Shown here: piece by piece, positions 9,943-18,445 of the stretch
How positions within the stretch are numbered: the stretch's first letter is position 1
Layout of the letters: each line of letters starts with the position of its first letter
Source: an uncultured Gammaproteobacteria bacterium
Lineage (GTDB): Bacteria > Cyanobacteriota > Vampirovibrionia > Gastranaerophilales > Gastranaerophilaceae
Direction: 5' to 3'
Assembly (NCBI GenBank): GCA_964467625.1
Contig: CAYXRM010000001.1
Coordinates: 516,986 to 580,985 of the forward strand
Length of the DNA: 64,000 nt
Made by a program: the position numbers and the translations under genes
Notes under the pieces: generated by a model
The model's database searches: none
The model's input: only the letters and a program-made list of their open reading frames with translations
What the model was told of the DNA's origin: nothing

Positions 9943-11634
9943 CTACTTTGCTTCCTTTAAGTTAGGGTCAACGTCCGGCACTTTAGGAACTTTAGTAGCG
10001 GAACTTGCCGCCCCTTCTCCTTCTTTACCTTCTTCTGCTGTTTTTTTATTACCCTTATCATCAAAAGTTTTTTCATAAGTTGTATTTGAAATTTCAAATG
10101 CAAAAGTCTGTTCGGCATTATTTTCATTTAAGACAATTGCGTCAATGTCATTACCTGTCTGCGTTTGATCTTCTCTAAAGACATCCAGTTTGTTTAATTT
10201 AATATCAGACTGCGGAGCGAGCATTTTTAAGCTTTGATAATAAGAATAGACATCGTTCATATTAATGGAAAGCCCCTCAATTCCAACTTCTTTGCCGTTT
10301 TTGTTTATATAATAGGTTAGCCAAACATTAGACGGTATATCAGTTGAAAGTGAGTCATAATAATTTATTGATTGTTTATTGTTTTCGCTTATTTCTTTAA
10401 TAAGGGTCACAATGCTTGTTTTTAAAGTGGTTTCCATTTGCTGGATTTCCATATTTATGGTTGATATATCGGCATTTTTGGCTTCTAGTTTGGATGAGTC
10501 TGCTTGAAGTGCCGAGAAGGCAAGTCCTGTAAAAATACCACCCACAATGCCCAATAATACTGAAAGTTTAATGCTTGTGGAAAGCACATTTGAGGCTGTT
10601 AATTCAACATCTTTGCCAAAAAGTTTAATTGTGCCATAGCTTGTGTTGCCGTCATAATTTGCACTTCCCATAATGTTCAAATTTGCAAAATTTTGAACTT
10701 TGGGATTGGCTGCTCCAAGGGCACCTAAACTCATTGAAGCTGCTGTTTGCTTGATGACTTCTGCTGAAATACTTACTTGCGGAGCCGTTGAAAACCTGTT
10801 TGAGTTAAAGGTGACAACTGTTTCGTCAAATACAATCGCATTTTTCAGGATGTTTGCGGAAACATTGTCCACCTGAGATACAAGAACAAGTTTTTCAGCA
10901 GGGTAATTGGGAAGATACTGTGACAGAGCTGATGACAGTGCAGAATAAATTTCATCTCCCTCAAAGGACATAACGGCAAAAGGAACTTCCACATAATCTA
11001 AAATTCTGCTTCCTGACATTTGGAAAATAGCATAATTATTAGAATTAATTAAAACAATATCCCAATTTTTTCCGCCTTCAATTACATCATCGCACAAACC
11101 TGTAAGCGCAAGCCCTCTTGGAATTGCACTTACCGCACTTTCAATACCGATAATGGTTCCGCCAATATCCATAATGGCGTCTTGAATTTCATTGACGGCA
11201 TTTGTCTGCATTGCAGAATATAAAATATATTTAGAGGTGGCAGCAGTTCCCGCATTTACATTTGTCCAAGCGCAAAGCGGTTCTTCCTGTTTGAAAATAT
11301 ATGACTGTGCAGTTTCTTCAAGAACAATTGTGTCGATTGCTTCATTATCATAATAAGTTTCTTCAATACTTCTAAAGCCTGAATACACGTTTGGCAGAAC
11401 AAGGAAAATATTTGCAGTTTCTTTTTGAATATCAAGTTCGGCAAATAAATCAACAAGCGCATTTCTGAAAGCGTTTATATCCAAAATTGAGCGTGTCGCA
11501 ATGTTGTATTCTATAAACTTTTGACTGTATTTAAGAACTTCTTTTTGTTCATCACCGTAAAGAAGAACCTCAAGCCCCAAATTAGGTGTTATACAAAGCC
11601 CTACTATTTGTTTTTTATTTTTTTTAGCAAACAT
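9943..11634 (-). CDS. PilM-PilN fusion-like type IV pilus assembly protein
   Basis: 563 aa. N-terminal ~340 aa is an actin-like PilM-type region (IVGLCITPNLGLEVLL...). Then a TM helix (LSVLLGIVGGIFTGLAFSAL), a coiled coil and a PilN-like segment (PSNVWLTYYINKNGKEVGIEGLS). Confidence 0.5.
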   Translation of the reverse strand: MFAKKNKKQIVGLCITPNLGLEVLLYGDEQKEVLKYSQKFIEYNIATRSILDINAFRNALVDLFAELDIQKETANIFLVLPNVYSGFRSIEETYYDNEAIDTIVLEETAQSYIFKQEEPLCAWTNVNAGTAATSKYILYSAMQTNAVNEIQDAIMDIGGTIIGIESAVSAIPRGLALTGLCDDVIEGGKNWDIVLINSNNYAIFQMSGSRILDYVEVPFAVMSFEGDEIYSALSSALSQYLPNYPAEKLVLVSQVDNVSANILKNAIVFDETVVTFNSNRFSTAPQVSISAEVIKQTAASMSLGALGAANPKVQNFANLNIMGSANYDGNTSYGTIKLFGKDVELTASNVLSTSIKLSVLLGIVGGIFTGLAFSALQADSSKLEAKNADISTINMEIQQMETTLKTSIVTLIKEISENNKQSINYYDSLSTDIPSNVWLTYYINKNGKEVGIEGLSINMNDVYSYYQSLKMLAPQSDIKLNKLDVFREDQTQTGNDIDAIVLNENNAEQTFAFEISNTTYEKTFDDKGNKKTAEEGKEGEGAASSATKVPKVPDVDPNLKEAK

Positions 11635-11762
11635 TTTTTACTCTTTTTTTTTAAATGTTCAACATTATAAATTGTACTATTATTCAGTATTCATAATACA
11701 ATAATAAGTACATGCGTTGAAAGTATCTTAACAAAAATATACAACATTTGGAGTAAATCGCA

Positions 11763-12503
11763 ATGAGTGAATATATTTACGGGAAAAATTCCGTCATAGA
11801 AACCCTAAATACGGTACCTTCGAGGGTTAACAAAGTCTTAATCCAAAAAGGGGCGGGGCTTGACAGCCGATTAAAAAAAATTATCGAACTTTGCAAAAAT
11901 TATTCAATTATTTTTAATTTTGTTGACTTGAAAAAATATTCATCCAATTTTGAAGAAAACACAAATCTTCAAGGAGTTATTGCAAGCGTTTCGCCTGTTC
12001 CATATAAAGATTTTGAAGAATTTTTGGAAGAAGCCAAAGAAAATGAATATCGCAAAATTATTATTTTAGATGGGGTTACAGACCCGCATAATTTTGGTGC
12101 CATAATAAGAACCGCAACGGCGGGCGGGTATGATGCCATTATTATTCAAACTCATAGATCATGCCCGATTAGCGCAACGGTTGAAAAAATTTCTTCAGGT
12201 GCAGTTAATAAAATTCCAATCATAAAAGTAAATAGCCTAAATAGCGCAATTCAAAAATTAAAAGAAAATGACTGGTGGATAATTGCATTAGATGTTCACA
12301 CAAGTAATAATTATCTTGACGTTGATTACAAAAACATGAATTTTGCTCTTGTTTTTGGAAGCGAAGGGGACGGCATTAGTAAAACAATCCTGAAACTTTC
12401 GGATTATAAAGTTAAGTTACCGACAAATTTTGAATCTCTAAATGTTTCTTGTTGTTGTGCCGTTATAGTATATGAAACTTTAAGACAAATAAATTATACA
12501 TAG
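11763..12503 (+). CDS. rlmB: 23S rRNA (guanosine-2'-O)-methyltransferase, TrmH/SpoU family
   Basis: 246 aa. SpoU motifs: ILDGVTDPHNFGAIIRTA, ALVFGSEGDGIS, IKLPTNFESLNVS. Confidence 0.8.
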   Translation: MSEYIYGKNSVIETLNTVPSRVNKVLIQKGAGLDSRLKKIIELCKNYSIIFNFVDLKKYSSNFEENTNLQGVIASVSPVPYKDFEEFLEEAKENEYRKIIILDGVTDPHNFGAIIRTATAGGYDAIIIQTHRSCPISATVEKISSGAVNKIPIIKVNSLNSAIQKLKENDWWIIALDVHTSNNYLDVDYKNMNFALVFGSEGDGISKTILKLSDYKVKLPTNFESLNVSCCCAVIVYETLRQINYT

Positions 12504-12505
12504 GA

Positions 12506-12533
12506 TTGCAAAATCTTCCCCTTATACTAGTAT
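12506..12533 (+). promoter_or_regulatory. Candidate promoter for rpoD
   Basis: TTGCAA (12506-12511), 16 nt spacer, TAGTAT (12528-12533). AGGAG RBS at 12546-12550. Confidence 0.3.
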
Positions 12534-12555
12534 GAAATAAAAATCAGGAGAAATT

Positions 12556-13551
12556 ATGAAAACAAAAACCCCGAAATCTAATAAGTCTAATGAAATATTT
12601 GAATTTGAAGATTTTGACGACACCCAAATTGAACTTATCGAGCAATCTGAAGACGAAGAAAACGAAAATAAAAATCTTAAAGAAGATTATAAAAATGTCA
12701 CAACGGACGATTCCGTGAAAGCCTATTTGCAACAGATAGGGAAAATTCCGCTTTTGTCTTTTGAAGATGAAATGAAAGTTGCAAAAGAAATTAAAGAAAA
12801 TAACTCTATAAAAGCAAAAGAACAGTTGGTTAATTCAAATTTAAGACTTGTTGTTTCAATTGCCAAAAAATATATAGGTAGAGGACTTTCTTTTCTTGAT
12901 TTAATTCAAGAAGGTAATTTGGGGCTGATTAAGGCGGCTGAAAAATTTGATTACGAAAAAGGATATAAATTTTCAACATATGCAACTTGGTGGATACAAC
13001 AATCCATAACACGTGGAATTGCCGATAAATCAAGGATGATAAGGCTTCCTGTTCATATGATTGAAACTTTGAGTAAAATTAAACGCACGACTTTTGATCT
13101 TTCGATTGAACTTGGCAGAATGCCCACAAAAGAAGAAATTGCAGAAAAAATGAATATGCAAACTTCAAAATTAACCCAGCTTTTAAAAGCCGCACAAGGG
13201 ACAATTTCAATTGAAACGCCGGCAAATCAAAAGGATGATTCCTCTAAAATTGCTGATTATATTGTGGATGAAACTGATTCCACACCAGACACAAAAGTCA
13301 CACAAGACAATTTGCTCGATGATGTTAAAAAAATTCTTGACCAATTAAACCCGAAAGAAAAAGATGTTTTAATTTTAAGATACGGGCTTGATGACAACGG
13401 CAGGAAAAAAACCTTGGATGAAATTGGAAACAGATACGGAGTTTCAAGGGAAAGAATTCGGCAAATTGAAACCCGTGCAATTTCAAAATTGAAAAAGCTT
13501 TGCAGAAACCAAAATTTAAGCAACAATTTAAAAAATTATCTTGGTATTTAA
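12556..13551 (+). CDS. rpoD: RNA polymerase sigma-70 family factor (RpoD/SigA-like)
   Basis: 331 aa. Region 2 ([39 protein letters not shown]), region 3 and region 4 ([20 protein letters not shown]) are all present. Confidence 0.9.
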   Translation: MKTKTPKSNKSNEIFEFEDFDDTQIELIEQSEDEENENKNLKEDYKNVTTDDSVKAYLQQIGKIPLLSFEDEMKVAKEIKENNSIKAKEQLVNSNLRLVVSIAKKYIGRGLSFLDLIQEGNLGLIKAAEKFDYEKGYKFSTYATWWIQQSITRGIADKSRMIRLPVHMIETLSKIKRTTFDLSIELGRMPTKEEIAEKMNMQTSKLTQLLKAAQGTISIETPANQKDDSSKIADYIVDETDSTPDTKVTQDNLLDDVKKILDQLNPKEKDVLILRYGLDDNGRKKTLDEIGNRYGVSRERIRQIETRAISKLKKLCRNQNLSNNLKNYLGI

Positions 13552-13694
13552 TAAATTCTGCTCTATCCATATTAGAATTACAATAATTGCCATCTTGAAG
13601 GTGAAGATGACAATGAGGGGCGTGTAATGTCTTTAGGTATGTTGTTTTAAGTTTTTTAATATCTCAATAATTAAACACCCATAAATTTGTTTAG

Positions 13695-13725
13695 ATAAAA
13701 AACCCTTTAAAAAAAATTTTAAGGG
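13695..13725 (-). terminator. Rho-independent terminator downstream of the pilin relic
   Basis: On the minus strand CCCTTAAAA / TTTTAAAGGG forms an AT-rich hairpin with one bulge, followed by TTTTTTATC. It lies 26 nt after the relic stop at 13751. Confidence 0.35.
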
Positions 13726-13750
13726 AAAAATATTGTTATATATAGTTTTT

Positions 13751-14092
13751 TTATTTGTCATACATTGCCCTTTGGGCAACAATCCCAAATGGAATAGCTT
13801 TATCTTCCGTAATTAAAATGTTGAAGATATCGTTCAATCTTTTATCTGTAACTTTTGGATATGTGTATACTCCTGAACCTTTTGTTTCATTAGATAAAAT
13901 CATATTCGGTTTTCTATCCCCGTTCACATCAACCAAGATAAAACAAGGAGGCATTGTTGTATTGTTTGGATTTTCATCTAAACCGTATGAACCGCATTCA
14001 CCGGCACCGGCACGAGAACCTAAGCCGCCATTATTTACTATAATATCCGTATCATGGAGCTTAAGCCTTGGAAAAACAAAATAACCATTTGA
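13751..14092 (-). pseudogene. Truncated pilin-like gene relic (C-terminal half only, no prepilin leader)
   Basis: The open frame reads ...ECGSYGLDENPNNTTMPPCFILVDVNGDRKPN...AIPFGIVAQRAMYDK*. It aligns with the C-terminal half of the 43240-43989 pilin-like protein (GCGSYGLRHNPLNSKIPPCFVVVDVNGDSGPS...AIPFGTIAQKAMYSK*). An in-frame TAG at 14093-14095 closes the frame upstream, and no N-terminal AFTLAE helix is encoded. Confidence 0.6.
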
Positions 14093-14110
14093 CTATATAT
14101 TTTTTTCTGT

Positions 14111-14119
14111 GGTATACTT
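14111..14119 (+). promoter_or_regulatory. Candidate extended -10 promoter element for rimP-nusA
   Basis: TGgTATACT at 14111-14119. No good -35 was seen. Confidence 0.3.
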
Positions 14120-14165
14120 TTTTTGTTCGACATATATGTCGGCTAAAATCGCAATAATCAAAAAA

Positions 14166-14200
14166 AGAGCGGTAACAACAAAGTAACCGTTCTTTTTTTT
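14166..14200 (+). terminator. Intrinsic terminator / attenuator hairpin in the rimP-nusA leader
   Basis: AGAGCGGTAAC (14166-14176) pairs with GTAACCGTTCT (14183-14193): 11 positions with one A.A mismatch and one G.U, and a 6-nt loop. It runs into a T8 tract (14193-14200). The AAGGGGG RBS follows at 14215-14221. Confidence 0.5.
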
Positions 14201-14223
14201 CAAAATATCAAACGAAGGGGGAT

Positions 14224-14718
14224 ATGATGAAGGAACGCTTTAATAAGAAAGAAGTTTTGACAAAAATCTATCCTGTTATTGAAAATACTGCAATGCGATA
14301 CGATTTAATTCCTTTGGAAGTTTCCCTTGAAAAGGAGTCGGGGCATTGGTTTTTGAGAATTTATATATATTCTATGAAGCACCCCGTTAACCATCAAGAT
14401 TGCGAAAATATTTCAAGAAGCTTGGGGGATTTGTTGGATGAGCTTATTCCTTTTAAATATTATTTGGAAATTTCGTCCCCCGGACTTGATAAAAAACTTA
14501 AAAACCCTATTGAGTTTCAAATATTTAAAGGGCATAGCGTTTGCGTTAAGTTAAAAAATCAAATTTCAGAAGATTTGCCCAAAAGCTTTAAGGGAAAACT
14601 TGTGGATTATAGCGAAACTTTTGGAATTAGGGTTTTATCTTATGACACAAACACTGAATATGACATAAGTTTGGATAACTTATTTACAATCAGATTGAAC
14701 GATATAGAAGAAATATAA
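14224..14718 (+). CDS. rimP: Ribosome maturation factor RimP
   Basis: 164 aa. LEISSPGLDKKLK is the RimP signature (EVSSPG.DRPL type). Immediately upstream of nusA. Confidence 0.85.
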   Translation: MMKERFNKKEVLTKIYPVIENTAMRYDLIPLEVSLEKESGHWFLRIYIYSMKHPVNHQDCENISRSLGDLLDELIPFKYYLEISSPGLDKKLKNPIEFQIFKGHSVCVKLKNQISEDLPKSFKGKLVDYSETFGIRVLSYDTNTEYDISLDNLFTIRLNDIEEI

Positions 14719-14729
14719 GGAGAAAAAGG

Positions 14730-15893
14730 ATGATTAAAATTGGTACCGCACTTTTTGAAGCGGCTGAACAATTGGAAAGAGAAAAAGGAATTTCAAAAGA
14801 AGTTTTAATTGAAGCGCTTCAAGACGCCCTTGTTGCGGGATATAAAAAACATATTAAAGATAAAGATGCTGAAAATGTTGAAGCTATTATGGATGAAGAA
14901 TCAGGCGAAATCGGTGTTTTTAGAACAAAACTTGTTGTTGAAAATGTTGAAAATCCTGATGTTGAGATTTCTCTTGAAGATGCAAAAGAAATTGACGATG
15001 AAGTTGAACTTGAAGATGAAGTTAAAATTGAAGTTACACCCGAAGACTTTGGCAGAATTGCGGCACAGTCTGCAAAACAGGTTATCACTCAAAGAATTAG
15101 AGAGGCTGAAAGAAAACTTGTTTTGGATGAATTCTTATCTAAAAAAGGCACTCTTATTACAGGTATAATTCAAAGAAGAGATGAGAGAAATGTTATTGTT
15201 AATATAGGTAAAACTGATGCTATAATGCCTGCAAAAGAACAACTTCCGGGGGAATATTACAAACCCGGGAACAGAATAAGAGTTTTTGTTTTGAATGTTA
15301 AAGAAACAACAAGGCTTCCGCAGGTTATTGTTTCTCAAGCGCACAGTGAAATTGTTCGTGAACTTTTTGAACTTGAAGTTCCTGAAATTGAAGACGGTAT
15401 TGTTGAAATTAAGTCAATCGCCCGTGAAGCAGGCTTTAGAACGAAACTTGCAGTTTGGTCAAATGACCCTTCAGTGGATTCCGTTGGTGCTTGTATTGGG
15501 CCAAGGGGTTCTAGAATTCAAACAATTGTGGGCGAATTGAAAAATGAAAAAATTGACATTGTAAGATACTCGGAAGACCCTGTTGAATACATTGTAAATG
15601 CGCTTTCTCCTGCAAGAATAGTTTCTGTAGATATTTTGGCGGACGAAGAAAATAAACACGAAGCTTTCGTTATTGTTCCTGATGATCAACTTTCTCTTGC
15701 AATTGGCAGAGAAGGTCAAAACGTGCGTCTTGCACACAGATTAACCGGTTGGAAGATTGATATTAAATCTGAATCTCAAGCGGCTCAAATGGAAAAACAA
15801 GTTAAAGCTGAACCTGAACAAGTGCAGGAAGCCGAAATTGAACAAGCACAAGAAACAGAGGCTGAAGCTTTAACAGAAACATCTGAAGGGTAA
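14730..15893 (+). CDS. nusA: Transcription termination/antitermination factor NusA
   Basis: 387 aa with an N-terminal domain, an S1 domain (GTLITGIIQRRDERNVIVNIGKTDAIMP) and KH domains (GACIGPRGSRIQ, AIGREGQNVRLA). The tail is acidic. Confidence 0.9.
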   Translation: MIKIGTALFEAAEQLEREKGISKEVLIEALQDALVAGYKKHIKDKDAENVEAIMDEESGEIGVFRTKLVVENVENPDVEISLEDAKEIDDEVELEDEVKIEVTPEDFGRIAAQSAKQVITQRIREAERKLVLDEFLSKKGTLITGIIQRRDERNVIVNIGKTDAIMPAKEQLPGEYYKPGNRIRVFVLNVKETTRLPQVIVSQAHSEIVRELFELEVPEIEDGIVEIKSIAREAGFRTKLAVWSNDPSVDSVGACIGPRGSRIQTIVGELKNEKIDIVRYSEDPVEYIVNALSPARIVSVDILADEENKHEAFVIVPDDQLSLAIGREGQNVRLAHRLTGWKIDIKSESQAAQMEKQVKAEPEQVQEAEIEQAQETEAEALTETSEG

Positions 15894-15901
15894 GGACTTT
15901 A

Positions 15902-16759
15902 ATGAGGGTTATCATAGCAGGCTATGATAAAATGCTGGCAGCTTTGGTGAACGGTGCTGTTGACACAGGTCATGAAGTTGTTGGGGTTATTAGAATTGAC
16001 AGGGTAAAATACAATCCTTTTACCCTGTTTTTTAAAGATATTTTTGCGCCGTCACGTGACTTGAGCTATATTAAAAGTAAAAATCTTTATGAAATAAAAG
16101 CAAAAAGCGTCAATTCAAAAAAGTTTCAAAAAGAAGTCTTAAAACTTGGGGCAGAAGTTATTCTTGTGGGCTCTTGGAGTGAGAAATTTTCAATTGAAAC
16201 AATTGAACTTACAAAATATGGGGTAATTAATTGTCATCCTTCACTTTTGCCAAAGCACAGGGGTGCAAATCCTTATTTTTGGCAAATTTATTTAGGCGAA
16301 GCCAAGGCGGGAATTACTTTTCACTATATGACAGAAAAATTGGATGCAGGGGAAATTCTTATGCAGGGGGCATTTGACATTTCTTCTTATATGACAGGCG
16401 GAGTGCTTAGAACAAAAAGTGCGAAAGTGGCGGAAGTTATGGTCGGACAATTATTAGCTGATTTAGAAGAAAATATAATCATTCCGATTGCCCAAGACGA
16501 AACAAAAGCAACGTATGACAGGTGGGATAGTGATTTAAGAATTATAGATTTTGAAATGGAGCCGCCTGTTTGCCTGCACAATAAAATAAGAGGGTTAATT
16601 CCTTTTTGTGTACCTATTGTAAGGTATAAAAATTTTACATATAAAATTAAGCGGTCAGAACTTATTTTGGAAGAAAATAAACAATGTGAAATTATAAAAG
16701 AGGGGAAATATCTTTTTGCAAGGTATAAAAATTGCACCTTAAAATTGACCCTTGTATAA
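15902..16759 (+). CDS. Formyltransferase family protein (Fmt/ArnA-N-like, not canonical Fmt)
   Basis: 285 aa. INCHPSLLPKHRGANPYFWQI is the formyltransferase catalytic HxSLLPxxRG motif, and a later LDAGEIL is present. I did not see the TQPD..GRG segment expected of Fmt. Confidence 0.6.
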   Translation: MRVIIAGYDKMLAALVNGAVDTGHEVVGVIRIDRVKYNPFTLFFKDIFAPSRDLSYIKSKNLYEIKAKSVNSKKFQKEVLKLGAEVILVGSWSEKFSIETIELTKYGVINCHPSLLPKHRGANPYFWQIYLGEAKAGITFHYMTEKLDAGEILMQGAFDISSYMTGGVLRTKSAKVAEVMVGQLLADLEENIIIPIAQDETKATYDRWDSDLRIIDFEMEPPVCLHNKIRGLIPFCVPIVRYKNFTYKIKRSELILEENKQCEIIKEGKYLFARYKNCTLKLTLV

Positions 16760-16780
16760 ATTTTTGTTAAGATAATTGGT

Positions 16781-17578
16781 ATGATTACATTTAAACAAAC
16801 TCTTACATATTCTGCCCTGCGTATGTTTTTTGGCGAAATTAAAGATTTTTTAATTATGACAGGAAACATAGGGAAAGATTTATCAAGGGTTTTTTATTAT
16901 ATTTTGCGTCTTAGAATAAATTTAAAAATAATGATAGAACAGGCTTCAAGGTTTGCCGTGGATAGTTTACCCATAACTTTAACAATTGTTGGGATGACAA
17001 GTGTGATTATTGCCATGCAAATTGCGCCGGAGCTTGCAAAACAGGGGGCGGAAAATTATATCGGAATGCTCTCTGCCCTTGTTATGATAAGGGAATTATC
17101 CTGTATTATGGCAGGGTTTGCAATAATTTCAATGATAGGTTCATCCTTTGCTTCAGAACTTGCTTCAATGGCGGTGGGCGAGCAGATAAGCGCAATGAAG
17201 GTTCTAAAAGTTGACCCTATAGAATACCTTATTGTTCCAAGGTTTTTGGCGGGTGTTTTTATGATGCCTTTCGTTTTTATTTTGGCTTCTTTTGTGGGGC
17301 TTGTGTGTGCAGGGGCAATATCTTACCTGACGGCGGGGCTTAGCCCTTTAAATTATATAACTTCAATTTGGCAAGGTTTATATATAAGAGATATTATGAT
17401 TGCAATGTTGAAATCAGCGTTTTTTGGCGGCACAATTGCGCTTATAAGCTGCTCTTGCGGATATTCAACAAGGGGCGGAGCAAAAGAAGTCGGTATTGCA
17501 ACAACCAAAGCGGTTGTTTGGAGTTTTGTTGCAATTGCGGTTTGGGATTATATTTTCGCTGTCATATTTTATTTATAG
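16781..17578 (+). CDS. mlaE: Mla/Ttg2-type ABC transporter permease
   Basis: 265 aa, polytopic. MlaE-like segments: VDSLPITLTIVGMTSVIIAMQ, GGAKEVGIATTKAVV. Confidence 0.8.
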   Translation: MITFKQTLTYSALRMFFGEIKDFLIMTGNIGKDLSRVFYYILRLRINLKIMIEQASRFAVDSLPITLTIVGMTSVIIAMQIAPELAKQGAENYIGMLSALVMIRELSCIMAGFAIISMIGSSFASELASMAVGEQISAMKVLKVDPIEYLIVPRFLAGVFMMPFVFILASFVGLVCAGAISYLTAGLSPLNYITSIWQGLYIRDIMIAMLKSAFFGGTIALISCSCGYSTRGGAKEVGIATTKAVVWSFVAIAVWDYIFAVIFYL

Positions 17579-17587
17579 GAAAAAGTT

Positions 17588-18316
17588 ATGGGTATAATTG
17601 TTAAAAATTTGGTTAAATCTTTTGACGGTAAAAAAGTTTTAGATGAAGTTTCCTTTTCGGTGCAGGACGGTGAAACTCTTGGAGTTGTCGGTTTTTCAGG
17701 AAGTGGAAAATCTACGCTTTTAAAAATTATCTCCAACCTTTTATATTCTGATTCAGGGGATATTGCAACAAGTGCGGGCGCTGACATTGCAATGACATTT
17801 CAATATTCAGCTTTGTTTGATTTTTTAGATGTTTATCATAACATTGCCTTTCCTCTTTTGGAGAGAAAAGAATATAAGGGTAAATACACAAAAGATGAAA
17901 TTAAAAAAATTGTAAAAGAAAAATTGGCGCTTGTTGGCCTAGAGGGGATTGAAGAAAAATTTCCTTCTGAATTATCAGGCGGTATGCAAAAGCGTGTTGG
18001 GTTTGCCCGTGCAATTGTAACCAACCCCAAAACAATTCTTTATGATGAACCAACAGCAGGTCTTGACCCTGTAAGCTCCACTTTGATTGAAGATTATATT
18101 GTGCGCCTTAAAAATGAACTGAATGCTGCCTGTATTGTGGTGACACACCAAATGTCCACAATTAAAAGGGCATGCGATAATGTAATTTTATTGTATGAAG
18201 GAAAAATTGTTTTTCAAGGGAAAACAGAAGAATTTTTAAAAGGCGACAACCCTTACACAAAACAGTTTATAGAGGCATCTTTAGACGGGCCTATGGAAAT
18301 TAAATCAGCGATATAA
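17588..18316 (+). CDS. mlaF: Mla-type ABC transporter ATP-binding protein
   Basis: 242 aa. Walker A GFSGSGKST, signature LSGGMQKRV, Walker B ILYDEPTAGLD. Confidence 0.85.
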   Translation: MGIIVKNLVKSFDGKKVLDEVSFSVQDGETLGVVGFSGSGKSTLLKIISNLLYSDSGDIATSAGADIAMTFQYSALFDFLDVYHNIAFPLLERKEYKGKYTKDEIKKIVKEKLALVGLEGIEEKFPSELSGGMQKRVGFARAIVTNPKTILYDEPTAGLDPVSSTLIEDYIVRLKNELNAACIVVTHQMSTIKRACDNVILLYEGKIVFQGKTEEFLKGDNPYTKQFIEASLDGPMEIKSAI

Positions 18317-18401
18317 TTTAAAATATTTTTTTTAAAAAAGTGCTTCAAACCCTTATTATCTTTGCTTTTTAAGCTTTATTTTTATGCCAAATTTTAAAAT
18401 C

Positions 18402-18410
18402 TGCTATGAT
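18402..18410 (+). promoter_or_regulatory. Candidate extended -10 element ahead of the MuF-motif gene
   Basis: TGcTATGAT at 18402-18410. AAAGGA RBS at 18435-18440, ATG at 18446. Confidence 0.25.
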
Positions 18411-18445
18411 AGATATATTAAGTATTTCTATTAGAAAGGAAATAT

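Noticed and set aside
13755-14084. 109-aa plus-strand ORF between rpoD and rimP
   Set aside because: It is the antisense shadow of the pilin-like relic. The minus strand shows clear homology to the 43240-43989 protein, while the plus-strand translation has no RBS and no recognisable features.
14129-14142. Perfect 14-bp palindrome CGACATATATGTCG as a defined regulator binding site
   Set aside because: It is real in the sequence, but I cannot tie it to any regulator. It is mentioned only within the rimP leader finding and is not called as a separate feature.
14809-15168. 119-aa plus-strand ORF in an alternative frame inside nusA, with minus-strand ORFs at 14819-15088 and 14901-15092
   Set aside because: They lie wholly inside the well-supported nusA reading frame, in a GAA/AAA-rich stretch. 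Their translations are low-complexity K/L/M strings. These are shadow ORFs typical of AT-rich DNA.
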